The position numbers and the translations under genes were made by a program. The notes beneath the pieces are model-generated. The model was not told the DNA's origin, did no database searches, and was given only the letters and a program-made list of their open reading frames with translations. 64,000 nucleotides of DNA from Spirochaetia bacterium (GTDB lineage Bacteria > Spirochaetota > Spirochaetia > UBA9216): contig OZ223270.1 of assembly GCA_965140585.1 (NCBI GenBank), positions 192,001 through 256,000 on the forward strand. The letters are read 5' to 3'. This document shows, one piece after another, positions 8,655 through 18,552 of the stretch (its first letter is position 1; the number at the start of each line of letters is the position of its first letter).

Positions 8655-9678
8655 AAAAGATATTGAAACCCTGACGGCGGCAAGGATCCTTGACGCCTAC
8701 CCCTTTGCAGAAACCTATTTTGACGACAACAACATAAGCCTGACCGGCCGGAAAAAGCGGACAATCGGGGAGATATTAAACAGCTTTGATGAAGCCGAAC
8801 GTGAAGACAGGGCAATCGACCCTGAAAGACTGTTGAACGGCCTTGCAGACTTTATAAACCAGATGCTTGAGTTTCTAGGCGAAAACGAAAAGGTCCAGTC
8901 GGTAACTATACTTCCCGGAACCGATAAATCGGGAAAATCCGAAGGATTTGAAGAGCTTGTTATCAAAACAAGTGAAATTGTATCAATTGTAGGCCCAACA
9001 GGTTCCGGAAAAAGCAGACTGCTCGGCGATATTGAATGGGTTGCCCAGGCCGATACACCGACATCAAGGCGCATTCTTATAAACGGAGAGGTCCCTGATA
9101 AAAGCTGGCGCTTTTCAACCTCAAAGAAGCTAGTGGCACAGCTGTCGCAGAACATGAATTTCGTCATGGACTTGAGCGTCCGCGAATTTGTGAGCATGCA
9201 CGCCGAAAGCCGCATGGCCGAAAACAGGGAAGAAATAACTGAAAAAATCATCGCCGAGGCAAACAGACTTGCTGGCGAGCAGTTCGGACCGGAAACCCCG
9301 GTTACAAGCCTCAGCGGCGGCCAGTCACGGGCACTTATGATTGCCGACACGGCAATCCTGAGCAAGTCACCGATCATCCTTATCGATGAGATCGAAAATG
9401 CCGGAATTGACCGCAAAAAGGCCCTCGAACTGCTTTTATCAGAAGAAAAAATCGTCCTGATGGCCACTCATGACCCGATTCTGGCGCTTATAGCCGACCG
9501 GCGGATCGTAATAAAAAACGGCGGGATTTCAAAAATTATTGAAACAACAGAAGAGGAGAAAACAATCCTCGGAGAGCTTGAAGAGCTCGACAGAACCTTC
9601 CTGTCCTACAGGACAAAACTCAGACAGGGAAACAGATTAACAGAAACCAAAGATTCAGAGGAGAAACGATATGCATGA
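8644..9678 (+). CDS. Stand-alone ABC ATPase with N-terminal DUF1858-like extension
   Basis: GPTGSGKS, LSGGQ, IILIDE, THD motifs; ATG 8644 follows a GGAGG RBS; N-terminus 'ARILDAYPFAETYF' resembles the SBP N-domain. Confidence 0.87.
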   Translation: MVHKKDIETLTAARILDAYPFAETYFDDNNISLTGRKKRTIGEILNSFDEAEREDRAIDPERLLNGLADFINQMLEFLGENEKVQSVTILPGTDKSGKSEGFEELVIKTSEIVSIVGPTGSGKSRLLGDIEWVAQADTPTSRRILINGEVPDKSWRFSTSKKLVAQLSQNMNFVMDLSVREFVSMHAESRMAENREEITEKIIAEANRLAGEQFGPETPVTSLSGGQSRALMIADTAILSKSPIILIDEIENAGIDRKKALELLLSEEKIVLMATHDPILALIADRRIVIKNGGISKIIETTEEEKTILGELEELDRTFLSYRTKLRQGNRLTETKDSEEKRYA

Positions 9679-9913
9679 CGGTTGTTCAGGTTCATTTGAT
9701 AATGCAAAAGCAGTAGTAGACAAGGTACGGATGATGGGATTTTCGGAACAGTTCCTACCGATTCCACTGCAGATTACCTGCGGCTCCTGCGGCAGTGAGT
9801 TCGGGATGGAAACCTTCGAGTTTAACTGCCCGGACTGCGGTTCAGTACACGCAGTTACCCCCTGCCACGCCTTCGACCCGGCTAACGTAATGGCAGCCGG
9901 GGCCGGATATTAG
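9671..9913 (+). CDS. Small Cys/His-rich HypA-like zinc-finger protein
   Basis: Starts MHDGC; CGSC-x11-CPDC; terminal PCH; GGAGA RBS; overlaps the ATPase stop. Confidence 0.8.
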   Translation: MHDGCSGSFDNAKAVVDKVRMMGFSEQFLPIPLQITCGSCGSEFGMETFEFNCPDCGSVHAVTPCHAFDPANVMAAGAGY

Positions 9914-9930
9914 AAAATCGTCCGCTTTTT

Positions 9931-9980
9931 ATAAACTCCAATAGTTCTAAAATGAAATTATTGGAGTTTTATTTTTTTTA
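9931..9980 (+). terminator. Intrinsic terminator closing the Rrf2 operon
   Basis: AAACTCCAATA...TATTGGAGTTT followed by a T-rich run. Confidence 0.7.
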
Positions 9981-10035
9981 CTGAAGATATAATATTAAAC
10001 AGGCCGATGCTACGATTATGGGAAGGACTGTTGAA

Positions 10036-11331
10036 ATGAAAAGAAATCGTATTTTATTTTTAATCCTGATAATTGTTTCTCTCACCGGGTGTAAATCTCT
10101 TTCAAGTGAGGGAAGACTTTTAACTGACGCAACACGAGCAAAAAGATCCGGAGACTACTACAATGCAGCAATCAATGCGATTGAATCTGTGCGCATAGAT
10201 AACGAGTACAAAAAAGCACTGCTTTTTCTGGATGAAATATATCCCGAAGCTGTCAGCTACTACGAACAGAAAGCGGAGCAGACTAAGACCAGCAGCGAAA
10301 TTTTCAAAAATGATAAAATCGCAACGTACTACGGATATCTGGTTGAAATAAATGAAGCGGCAAGAACACTTCCGCCGCTTTACCATCCGAAAACAAAAAT
10401 GCAGCTGAGCTTCAGCTATACAGACTACAGCGCCGAGCGCGGAGAGTATTCTGAGCTGGCCGCTGAAGACCACTACCAGGAAGGCCTGCGCCTTGCAAAA
10501 CTCAAGACAAGGGAAGATTCGAAACAGGCGGCCAAAGAATTTGAAATGGCTCTTGGATTCGTTCCCGGATTCAGGGATGCAAAAGCCAGAGCAGCCGCAG
10601 CACTCGAGGAAGGCACCCAGGTTGTAGCATTTTTCGAGTTCAGAAATAACGCATGGGACATCCCCATCAACCAGTTCTCAGACCTGGTTCAGGCTACTGC
10701 AATATCAGAGCTGATGAAAGATCGCGAAGTCATGAAATTCACAAAGTTTATCGATAGACAGATGCAGTCAAACCTCCTGAATGAGCAGATAAGCTCGATG
10801 AATGCACTAATGGACGATCAGTCCAGGGTGGAAATTGGAAACCTGCTTAATTCAAATATATTCATAACCGGAACTATCGATGCAGCATCAATTGACAACC
10901 CGCCGCCTTCAAGAAGAACCGAACACAAGGTTCTAACACTCGAGGAAGAAACTACTGAAACATCATCAACTTCAACAACATCAGGCACTTCAGGTTCCTG
11001 GAAATCGGGTTCAACACCACAGCCTCCTAACGTGGCGGAAGCTGAAATTACATATTTCAAAAGAACAATCACATTTAACGCCACGGTAACTTTCAGGGCT
11101 ATCGATGTTGAGACAGGAGAAATCCTAATGGGGAATACGGTCAGCTGGAGTGAAAAGGACGAAGCGGAATGGGCAAGATGGAGAGGCGACGAGAGAGCCC
11201 TCGACTACAATGATCGAAACCTTGCCTCAAAGGACGATACCGACATCCGCTCGGTACAGACTCTTGCAACCGAAGCAGCGAAGGAACTTGGAAAGAAAAT
11301 AGCTTCCGAACTTGCTAAAATGCTGCGCTGA
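10036..11331 (+). CDS. Lipoprotein with helical (TPR-like) N-region and CsgG/HfaB-like C-domain
   Basis: Lipobox 'SLTGC'; 'FIDRQ...LLNEQ...EIGNLLN..IFITGTI'; 'IDVETGEI'; Ser/Thr-rich linker. Confidence 0.75.
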   Translation: MKRNRILFLILIIVSLTGCKSLSSEGRLLTDATRAKRSGDYYNAAINAIESVRIDNEYKKALLFLDEIYPEAVSYYEQKAEQTKTSSEIFKNDKIATYYGYLVEINEAARTLPPLYHPKTKMQLSFSYTDYSAERGEYSELAAEDHYQEGLRLAKLKTREDSKQAAKEFEMALGFVPGFRDAKARAAAALEEGTQVVAFFEFRNNAWDIPINQFSDLVQATAISELMKDREVMKFTKFIDRQMQSNLLNEQISSMNALMDDQSRVEIGNLLNSNIFITGTIDAASIDNPPPSRRTEHKVLTLEEETTETSSTSTTSGTSGSWKSGSTPQPPNVAEAEITYFKRTITFNATVTFRAIDVETGEILMGNTVSWSEKDEAEWARWRGDERALDYNDRNLASKDDTDIRSVQTLATEAAKELGKKIASELAKMLR

Positions 11332-11362
11332 GAAGCGTCAACAGATATTAAATTTAAAAGAT

Positions 11363-11410
11363 GCCGTCCGAATCAGGGAAAAGCTCTGTTTCGGACGGCT
11401 TTTTGTTTTT
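11363..11410 (+). terminator. Intrinsic terminator
   Basis: GCCGTCCGAA...TTCGGACGGC-TTTTTG. Confidence 0.8.
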
Positions 11411-11457
11411 AGACTTGACAACAGGGCTCTGCAGAGTCAAATTTATATTAATAACCT

Positions 11458-12927
11458 ATGAAAAAAAGATTGTTTAAATTAATACCTATTCTGGTTCTTT
11501 TTTCCGCCGTCTGCGCGGAAGCCGCTGATGTTACCGTGATCCCGGTTAACGGAGAAATAGACCGTTCACTTACAGTATTTATCAGACGGAGCATTGAGAA
11601 GGCCGATAACAGCGGCGCCGATACAATCATATTTGAAATTGACACCTTCGGGGGACTTGTTGAATCGGCCCTTCAGATTGCAACACTGATCGGCAATGCA
11701 GAACAGCATACAATTGCCTATATTCCGGCGGCTCCTGAAACTACCGGTGTAAGCTGGTCGGCCGGAGCACTTATCAGCTTTGCCTGCAATGAAATTTATA
11801 TGGCGCCCGGAACATCCATAGGCGCAGCAGCGCCGGTCTATTCGAGTGCCGAAGGGATGAAAGCGGCCGAAGAGAAAACTGTCAGCGCCGTACGCGGGCA
11901 GATGGCCGCACTTGCTGAGAAAAACGGATACCCAAAGGCTGCAGCACTTGCAATGGTTGATGCCGACACTGAGCTTTCAGAGTACTTCATAAATGATATA
12001 CCGTCACTTGCATCCGCAGAAGAACTGCCTCAAATTCAAACTGAGGCAGAGGCAAACGGCAAAGCATTCAGGATAGGCAAAACGGTCTCTAAACCCGGAA
12101 AGCTGCTGACTCTGACTGCAAACGAGATGGCCTTTTACCGGATAAGCTCGGGAACAGCCGAAAGCAGAACAGAGCTGCTTCAGCTTGAAGGCATTGAAGC
12201 GGACAGTGTGGAAACAGCTGAATCAAGCTTACCCGACAGTCTGATAGCACTAATAACAGGAAGCGCCCTCACTACCCTTCTTGTAATAATAGGCCTGGCT
12301 GCTGTCTATATCGAAATTACCAGTCCGGGGTTCGGGATACCCGGAACCGTTGCGATAATTGTCTTTTCGATTCTATTTGCCTCAAACGCAATGCTTGGAA
12401 ATGTGGGCTCTCTTGAAATACTGCTGTTTCTTGCCGGAGTGGCACTGCTTGCAGTCGAAATATTTATAATTCCGGGCTTCGGGGCAGCAGGAATAAGCGG
12501 AATAGTGCTCATTGCAGTTGGACTTGTACTTGCAGGTCAGGATTTTGTCCTGCCGGAGGTTGACTGGCAGTATGACCTGTTTAAACAGAATATCATCAAC
12601 GTAGGAATAGGAACCCTGGGCTCGATAATTCTTGTCGGTGTAATATTCCTGCTGTTTCCAAGGATAGGTGTATTCAACCGGCTTGTGCTGAAAACAGAAG
12701 AAACACCGGCCTCCGGTTTTACAGTTCAGAAAGAGAATACCGACTCGGTTCTCATTGGAAAGACAGGAACAGCAGCAACTAATCTTCGTCCCGCCGGAAA
12801 AGCCGATATTAACGGAGAGCTTATCACAGTTGAATCTTCCGGTGAATATATTGAGAAGGGAACTGTAGTAACCATTACCGGAGTTAACGGAAACCGGATT
12901 ATTGCTTCAAAGGCGGACATGACATGA
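11458..12927 (+). CDS. nfeD: Long-form NfeD (YqeZ-like) membrane ClpP-class serine protease
   Basis: Signal peptide; 'IDTFGG', 'SAGALI', 'MAPGTSIGAA'; TM block 'EI.SPGFG.PG'; OB-fold tail 'T.LRPAGK'. Confidence 0.9.
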   Translation: MKKRLFKLIPILVLFSAVCAEAADVTVIPVNGEIDRSLTVFIRRSIEKADNSGADTIIFEIDTFGGLVESALQIATLIGNAEQHTIAYIPAAPETTGVSWSAGALISFACNEIYMAPGTSIGAAAPVYSSAEGMKAAEEKTVSAVRGQMAALAEKNGYPKAAALAMVDADTELSEYFINDIPSLASAEELPQIQTEAEANGKAFRIGKTVSKPGKLLTLTANEMAFYRISSGTAESRTELLQLEGIEADSVETAESSLPDSLIALITGSALTTLLVIIGLAAVYIEITSPGFGIPGTVAIIVFSILFASNAMLGNVGSLEILLFLAGVALLAVEIFIIPGFGAAGISGIVLIAVGLVLAGQDFVLPEVDWQYDLFKQNIINVGIGTLGSIILVGVIFLLFPRIGVFNRLVLKTEETPASGFTVQKENTDSVLIGKTGTAATNLRPAGKADINGELITVESSGEYIEKGTVVTITGVNGNRIIASKADMT

Positions 12928-13400
12928 TTAAAGCGGCAGCGCTGCTTGCGGCAGGAATTATATTTATAATTATTGAGTTTTTCATTCCGGCATTCGGATT
13001 GGTAGGCCTTGTAGGTGCGGGGACAGTTATTGCATCGATTGTAACCGCGTTTATGATAAGCAATACCATGGGTGCTGTTCTTATCATCATAGCTGCAATA
13101 ATGATTCCGCTGCTGATAGCTCTGTTCTTCAAGGTTTTTCCGCACACCTTTTTCGGCAAACGACTGATTCTTGGAAAAACATTTGGAAAGGAAGAAGGCT
13201 TTACAGCCGGAGCTGGAGATATGAGCAGCATTCTGGGGCAGTCAGGAACAGCTTTTACCGACCTCAGGCCGTCCGGGATGATAATTATTGAAAACAAGCG
13301 GATAAACGCCGTTTCCAACGGTGAATACATAGAAAAAGACAGTAAAATTATTGTTAAAAAAGTAGACGGCAACAGGATTGTCGTAAGCAAGGAGGATTAA
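12924..13400 (+). CDS. Short-form NfeD (TM helices plus OB fold)
   Basis: 'IEFFIPAFG', 'TDLRPSG', 'VDGNRIVV'. Confidence 0.88.
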   Translation: MIKAAALLAAGIIFIIIEFFIPAFGLVGLVGAGTVIASIVTAFMISNTMGAVLIIIAAIMIPLLIALFFKVFPHTFFGKRLILGKTFGKEEGFTAGAGDMSSILGQSGTAFTDLRPSGMIIIENKRINAVSNGEYIEKDSKIIVKKVDGNRIVVSKED

Positions 13401-14387
13401 ATGGTTTTGGTTTATATCGTAGCAGGGGTTATAGCCCTCATAATTATTGCACTGTTTATCAAATTTTTCGGATTGTGGTTCAGAGCCCTTCTTTCAGGTG
13501 CACATATCTCACTCGGACGCCTGATAGGAATGTGGATACGACAGGTCAAATCAAAGCAGATTGTTGACAGCCGGATTATGCTTACAAAAGCCGGAATTGC
13601 AACAGATTCTGATCTTCTTGAAACACACTACCTGGCAGGCGGTGACGTTATAAGAGTAAGCAAGGCACTTATTGCCGCTAACAAGGCCAATATCGTACTT
13701 GATTTTCAGCAGGCTGCAGCCATCGATCTGGCAGGACGCGATGTACTTGATGCAGTAAAAACCAGCGTAAACCCCAAAGTAATAGACTGCCCCAATCCCG
13801 ACAAGGGGCGGCAGACAATAGATGCTGTGGCCAAGGACGGAATACAGCTGAGGGCAAAGGCCAGAGTTACCGTAAGGGCCAATATTGAAAGGCTTGTGGG
13901 AGGAGCCACCGAGGAAACAATTATAGCCAGAGTCGGTGAAGGTATTGTAACAACAATAGGAAGTGCGGAAACATACAAGGATGTTATTGAGAATCCTGAC
14001 AAGATTTCAAAGACCGTACTTGCAAAGGGTCTGGATGCAGGTACAGCATTCGAGATACTTTCTATTGACATTGCAGATGTGGATGTCGGCGACAATATCG
14101 GAGCAAAACTTCAGGCCGATCAGGCGGAAGCAGACAAACGCCGTTTCCAGGCCGTTGCGGAACAGCGCAGAGCTGCAGCAATTGCAAGAGAGCAGGAAAT
14201 GTCAGCCCTGGTTCAGGAAAACAAGGCACAGGTTGTTCTGGCCGAAGCCGAGATTCCAAAAGCTATTGCTGCTGCATTCAGGGAAGGACATCTGGGCATC
14301 ATGGATTATTATCGGCTCAGAAACATTCAGGCTGATACAGACATGAGGCAGAGCATAAGCGATGACGGAAAGAAGTCTGACAAGTAA
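13401..14387 (+). CDS. floA: Flotillin-like protein FloA (YqfA)
   Basis: 'LETHYLAGG', '[11 protein letters not shown]', '[19 protein letters not shown]', '[21 protein letters not shown]'. Confidence 0.95.
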   Translation: MVLVYIVAGVIALIIIALFIKFFGLWFRALLSGAHISLGRLIGMWIRQVKSKQIVDSRIMLTKAGIATDSDLLETHYLAGGDVIRVSKALIAANKANIVLDFQQAAAIDLAGRDVLDAVKTSVNPKVIDCPNPDKGRQTIDAVAKDGIQLRAKARVTVRANIERLVGGATEETIIARVGEGIVTTIGSAETYKDVIENPDKISKTVLAKGLDAGTAFEILSIDIADVDVGDNIGAKLQADQAEADKRRFQAVAEQRRAAAIAREQEMSALVQENKAQVVLAEAEIPKAIAAAFREGHLGIMDYYRLRNIQADTDMRQSISDDGKKSDK

Positions 14388-14401
14388 AGCTGGGGAACAT
14401 A

Positions 14402-14956
14402 ATGGCTTTTGAATCAATTCCTTTTTTCTTAATAATTGCAATATTCTTCTCGGTTTTCAGATTTATCAAAAAGGCCGGCAAAAACCAGAATAAATCAGCC
14501 GATCCTTTCAGTGCTGTTAAAAAACAGATGCAGGATGCTGCAAAAAAGAATAACGGAAAGGCTAAGCCTTCAGGAACAGAAAAGGGCTTTTCAGATTTTA
14601 TTAAAAATATTGATGAGGCTTTCACCTTTAAAAGCAGAGAAACCGGGCAGCAGGAAGAGCCTGAACAAACTTATGCCGCCCAAGATCAACCGGAGATTAC
14701 AGAAAAGACTCCCGCATACAGCGGAGAGTCTTCAACGAAGAGTGTTTTCGGACTCGACATTCAGGAAGCAGAAACTTCCAAAGTAAAGCCGGCTGCTCAA
14801 AAGACAGCCGGAATCGCCACAGAAGACTACAGATACTCAGATACATCAGACCCTTCTGTTGAAGAAACAGCCTCCGGCAGGATTAGCAGGCTGCCCGATC
14901 TCAAAAAGGCTGTTATCTGGTCGGAGATTCTGGGGACCCCGAAGGGGCTTCAGTAA
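14402..14956 (+). CDS. YqfB-like protein
   Basis: N-terminal TM, low-complexity middle, C-terminal 'LKKAVIWSEILG.P'; directly after floA. Confidence 0.75.
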   Translation: MAFESIPFFLIIAIFFSVFRFIKKAGKNQNKSADPFSAVKKQMQDAAKKNNGKAKPSGTEKGFSDFIKNIDEAFTFKSRETGQQEEPEQTYAAQDQPEITEKTPAYSGESSTKSVFGLDIQEAETSKVKPAAQKTAGIATEDYRYSDTSDPSVEETASGRISRLPDLKKAVIWSEILGTPKGLQ

Positions 14957-15698
14957 CAAACATCATTTCATGGGTCTCCGGAGTGCCATATCCCTCAATA
15001 CCCTCCGGAGAGAGCCCCTTCCCGCCTACTGCAGTTTTTACAATCTTGCGGTTAAAATCATGGGTATCGGGGCTTGCAAGATATTCATCAAGCGGCATCC
15101 ATAAACCCTCTTCAATTTCGGATTCATCAATTGTAATTTCTGTAGAAAGAGGCTCAAGCCTGCACACAAAATAGATATCGGACTTTCCGTATCTATACCC
15201 GTGCCAGTGCCTGAAACAGGCAAGTGAAACAAAACGGGTCTTAATACCGGTCTCTTCCTCAACCTCACGAATCACCGCCTCTTCTATATGTTCACCCTGA
15301 TGAAGGGTTCCGCCGGGAAGCTTGTAATGACGACGATTGTTATGTCTGTATTTTTCCTGGATAACCAGAATCCTGTTTTCCGAATCAATAACAACTCCGC
15401 CTGCTCCGATATAATGTGTAGCAAATGGAGGAATATATGAGCCTTCAACAAGGGTCAGGGTAAGCTGAAGCCTGTCTTCAAGAGCATGATGGAAAATAAA
15501 TCCGGAAGCTACGGCCTGGGGAATCAGTTCTGATTTTTCAATTGGGATTTCCAGCCATACAACACGGAGATTCTGCTCTTTTATTTCGTCTATTGTTTTT
15601 TTAAGTCTCAGTCCGAAATCTCCGGGATCACCGCCGATATCGTCTCCGGCAATAACTGCACCCTCAAAAGGATTTCTCTGATAAGCAAGTTGGTTCAT
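14913..15698 (-). CDS. Nudix hydrolase (NUDT6-like, with pre-Nudix N-domain)
   Basis: Nudix box GGTLHQGEHIEEAVIREVEEETGI; likely start MNQLAY at 15698; 3' end overlaps the yqfB-like gene by 44 bp. Confidence 0.88.
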   Translation of the reverse strand: MNQLAYQRNPFEGAVIAGDDIGGDPGDFGLRLKKTIDEIKEQNLRVVWLEIPIEKSELIPQAVASGFIFHHALEDRLQLTLTLVEGSYIPPFATHYIGAGGVVIDSENRILVIQEKYRHNNRRHYKLPGGTLHQGEHIEEAVIREVEEETGIKTRFVSLACFRHWHGYRYGKSDIYFVCRLEPLSTEITIDESEIEEGLWMPLDEYLASPDTHDFNRKIVKTAVGGKGLSPEGIEGYGTPETHEMMFVTEAPSGSPESPTR

Positions 15699-15814
15699 GC
15701 TTAAAAAGTATTCAATATTCCGGCTTTTCGCAAGTAGACCGATATGTCGAACTGGCATTATAGCCAGAATATGATATTATACTCAGACAAAACAAACACA
15801 GACCGGAGAAAAAT

Positions 15815-17026
15815 ATGTCACAGAAGCAGCATGTAATCTGTTTTAACGGAGGAAGCTCCTCTATCAAAATATCAGTAAAAGAAGTAAACGGCGCAGATGT
15901 CGAGACAATTGTCGATTTCAACTGCCAGGGCCTGGGAATGGACCATGGTTATATCGATGTTAAAACCGCTGACGGTAAAGAAACAATCGACACTCCAATG
16001 AAGGATCACAAGACAGCCCTGACAGCAATTACCAGTCTCATTTCAGAGAGATACCCGGAACTCAACATCGTAGCAGCCGGACACAGGGTTGTTCACGGTG
16101 GACCGGAATTTACCGAAACGGCACTTATTGATGAAAAGGTCATGAAATCGATTGAAGAATATTCATCACTTGCGCCCCTGCACAATCCGGCAAACCTTCA
16201 GATAATCGAGGCAGCGCTTGCCGATTCTGTATTCGGCAAGGTTCCGAATGCTGCAATATTCGATACCCAGTTCCATGCCGAGATGCCCAGGTACGTAAGA
16301 CAGTACGGCGTTCCAAGCCACTGGCTTGATGACTACAAGATACAGCGCTACGGATTCCACGGAGCGTCATATACATACATCAGCGGCAGATTCGCCGAAC
16401 TTAACGGCCTGAGCGCTGAAGAAACAAACTGCGTTATTGCGCATCTTGGAAACGGATGCTCGATTGCAAAGGTAGAAGGCGGAAAGGGAACCGATACAAG
16501 TATGGGAACAACCCCTCTCGAAGGCCTTATCATGGGAACAAGAAGCGGCGACATAGATCCGGGCGCTCTTGAACTTATGGCCAACAACCTCAACACCGAC
16601 ATCAAGGAAATTATCCGCATACTCAACAAGGAATCAGGACTTCTGGGTCTCTACAACAAGAACGGACTCAAGGATATGAACAAGATAAGGATGGAAGCTG
16701 AAAAAGGCGATATTGAAGCAGAGGTTACCATTCAGACTGTTGCATACCGTGTTGCGAAATACTTTTCCGCATACATCGGAACAATGGAAAATCCGAAAGG
16801 AATAGTATTTACCGGAGGAATCGGTGAAAATGAAGGATACTTCAGAAAGAAGGTAATGGGCTTCATGAAACTCTACAACTGGAAGATTGATGAAAACACA
16901 ATCATGACCAGAAACGAAGAAGTTATTGTAGCCGAAAGCGGTCTTATCCCCGGACTCAAGGCCTGGGTAATTCCGACTGACGAAGAAAAGGTCTTCGCAC
17001 TTGAAGCTATGAAATTTGCGAAATAA
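15815..17026 (+). CDS. ackA: Acetate (short-chain fatty acid) kinase
   Basis: N.GSSS.K, GHRVVHGG, APLHN, FDT.FH, RYGFHG, HLGNG, PLEGL.MGTRSG. Confidence 0.93.
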   Translation: MSQKQHVICFNGGSSSIKISVKEVNGADVETIVDFNCQGLGMDHGYIDVKTADGKETIDTPMKDHKTALTAITSLISERYPELNIVAAGHRVVHGGPEFTETALIDEKVMKSIEEYSSLAPLHNPANLQIIEAALADSVFGKVPNAAIFDTQFHAEMPRYVRQYGVPSHWLDDYKIQRYGFHGASYTYISGRFAELNGLSAEETNCVIAHLGNGCSIAKVEGGKGTDTSMGTTPLEGLIMGTRSGDIDPGALELMANNLNTDIKEIIRILNKESGLLGLYNKNGLKDMNKIRMEAEKGDIEAEVTIQTVAYRVAKYFSAYIGTMENPKGIVFTGGIGENEGYFRKKVMGFMKLYNWKIDENTIMTRNEEVIVAESGLIPGLKAWVIPTDEEKVFALEAMKFAK

Positions 17027-17045
17027 TTCAACTCGATAATGTCTG

Positions 17046-17084
17046 AAAAAAGCCGGGTAGATAAAATTATCAGCCCGGCTTTTT
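17046..17084. terminator. Bidirectional terminator between ackA and the ALDH gene
   Basis: AAAAAAGCCGGG...CCCGGCTTTTT. Confidence 0.85.
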
Positions 17085-17101
17085 ATTTATTACGACATAT
17101 C

Positions 17102-18550
17102 TTATTCGGTAGTGATTGCGATGTTCTTGGTAACAAGATATTCGCTGACAGCTTCAAGTGATAGCTCTTTTCCAAAGCCGGACTGCTTGAATCCGCCGTG
17201 AGGAGCCTCGGAAGCTACAATAAGATGATTATTAACCCATACAGTTCCGAACTCCAGCTTATGTGAAACCCTCATCGCACGGGCAACATCCTTTGTCCAC
17301 ACTGATGCAGCCAACCCGTATACAACATCATTTCCAAGCCTGACAGCCTCGGCTTCATCCTTGAAAGTATTAATTGTGAGAACAGGACCGAAAACTTCCT
17401 CCTGGATAATCTCTGAATCCTGCTTTGCATCTGCAATAACTGTCGGTGCATAGAAGTATCCGCTTCCGAGTTCCGGCATTTTCCGGCCGCCAATAACTAC
17501 ACGGGCACCTGCAGATTTTGCACGCTCTACAAAGCCTGAAACACGCTCAAGCTGCTTTGAGCTTATAAGCGGGCCGACTTCTGTTTCAGGATTAAGCGGA
17601 TCACCGATTTTCACAGCCTCTGCTGCGGCAGTGACAGCCTCCAGCAGCTGCTTATACCGGCTTTCATGAACGTAGATTCTGGTTGCCGCGGTACAATCCT
17701 GACCGGAGTTAAAGGTTCCGCCGAGAACTGCGGTTTCGGCAACCCTTGCGATATCGGCATCTTCAAAAACAACAACAGGAGCTTTTCCGCCCAGCTCCAT
17801 ATGAGTCCGCTTCATCGTTCCGGATGCAAGCTCCATAATTCTCCGTCCGGTTCCGGTTGATCCGGTAAGGCTGACAAGGCGTACTGAAGGGTGTGTTGCC
17901 AGGACTTCCGCCTTTGCGCCGCGCCCGGTTACTATATTAAGAACACCATCGGGAAGGCCTGCCTCCTTTGCAATCTCTCCGAGACGAAGAGTGGACAGGG
18001 GTGTATTTGAAGCAGGCTTCATTATTATGGTGCATCCTGCCGCGAGGGCCGGGCCGATTTTCCAGGCGGCCATCTGAAATGGGTAGTTCCAGGGAGTTAT
18101 CTGGCCGACAACTCCGACAGGCTCATGCCTGAATACATGCGTCATCCCCTTAAGATACTGTCCGGCGGCGATACCGTGCGTATCTCTGGCAAGGGTTGCA
18201 TAATACCTGAAGTTGTCGATTGAATCATGAATATCAACTGCCTTGCATTGATATTCCAGCGGTTTGCCGGTATTTTCTGTTTCGAGTCCGGCAATTTCAT
18301 CGGAGTATTTTTCGATAAGATCTGCCATTTTCCAGATTATTCCGGAACGTTCGGCCGGTGTGCTCTCGCTCCAGGGCCCTTCATAGAAGGCTCTTTCCGC
18401 GGCGGCAACAGCTGATTCAAAATCGGAGGTTACAGCATCGGGGACGCTCTGAAATTTTTGACCAGTGGCAGGGTTGACAACATCAATCCTGTCCTTTCCT
18501 CTGGAGGGCACCCAGCCTCCATTAATCCACAGTTCATAACTGTCTTTCAT
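17102..18550 (-). CDS. NAD-dependent aldehyde dehydrogenase (aminobutyraldehyde/betaine-aldehyde DH-like)
   Basis: PWNYP, TGSTGTG, MELGGKAP, FNSGQDCTA (catalytic Cys), EEVFGP, PHGGFKQSGFG. Confidence 0.93.
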   Translation of the reverse strand: MKDSYELWINGGWVPSRGKDRIDVVNPATGQKFQSVPDAVTSDFESAVAAAERAFYEGPWSESTPAERSGIIWKMADLIEKYSDEIAGLETENTGKPLEYQCKAVDIHDSIDNFRYYATLARDTHGIAAGQYLKGMTHVFRHEPVGVVGQITPWNYPFQMAAWKIGPALAAGCTIIMKPASNTPLSTLRLGEIAKEAGLPDGVLNIVTGRGAKAEVLATHPSVRLVSLTGSTGTGRRIMELASGTMKRTHMELGGKAPVVVFEDADIARVAETAVLGGTFNSGQDCTAATRIYVHESRYKQLLEAVTAAAEAVKIGDPLNPETEVGPLISSKQLERVSGFVERAKSAGARVVIGGRKMPELGSGYFYAPTVIADAKQDSEIIQEEVFGPVLTINTFKDEAEAVRLGNDVVYGLAASVWTKDVARAMRVSHKLEFGTVWVNNHLIVASEAPHGGFKQSGFGKELSLEAVSEYLVTKNIAITTE

Positions 18551-18552
18551 TT

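Noticed and set aside
6708-9678. Ordinary iron/polyamine ABC importer, or hydrogenase hypAB genes
   Set aside because: No permease or export signal; no hydrogenase or hypCDEF nearby; the GTPase motifs differ from canonical HypB
10950-11030. Repetitive ACATCA/ACTTCA tract
   Set aside because: Encodes a Ser/Thr linker within the lipoprotein; not a DNA repeat element
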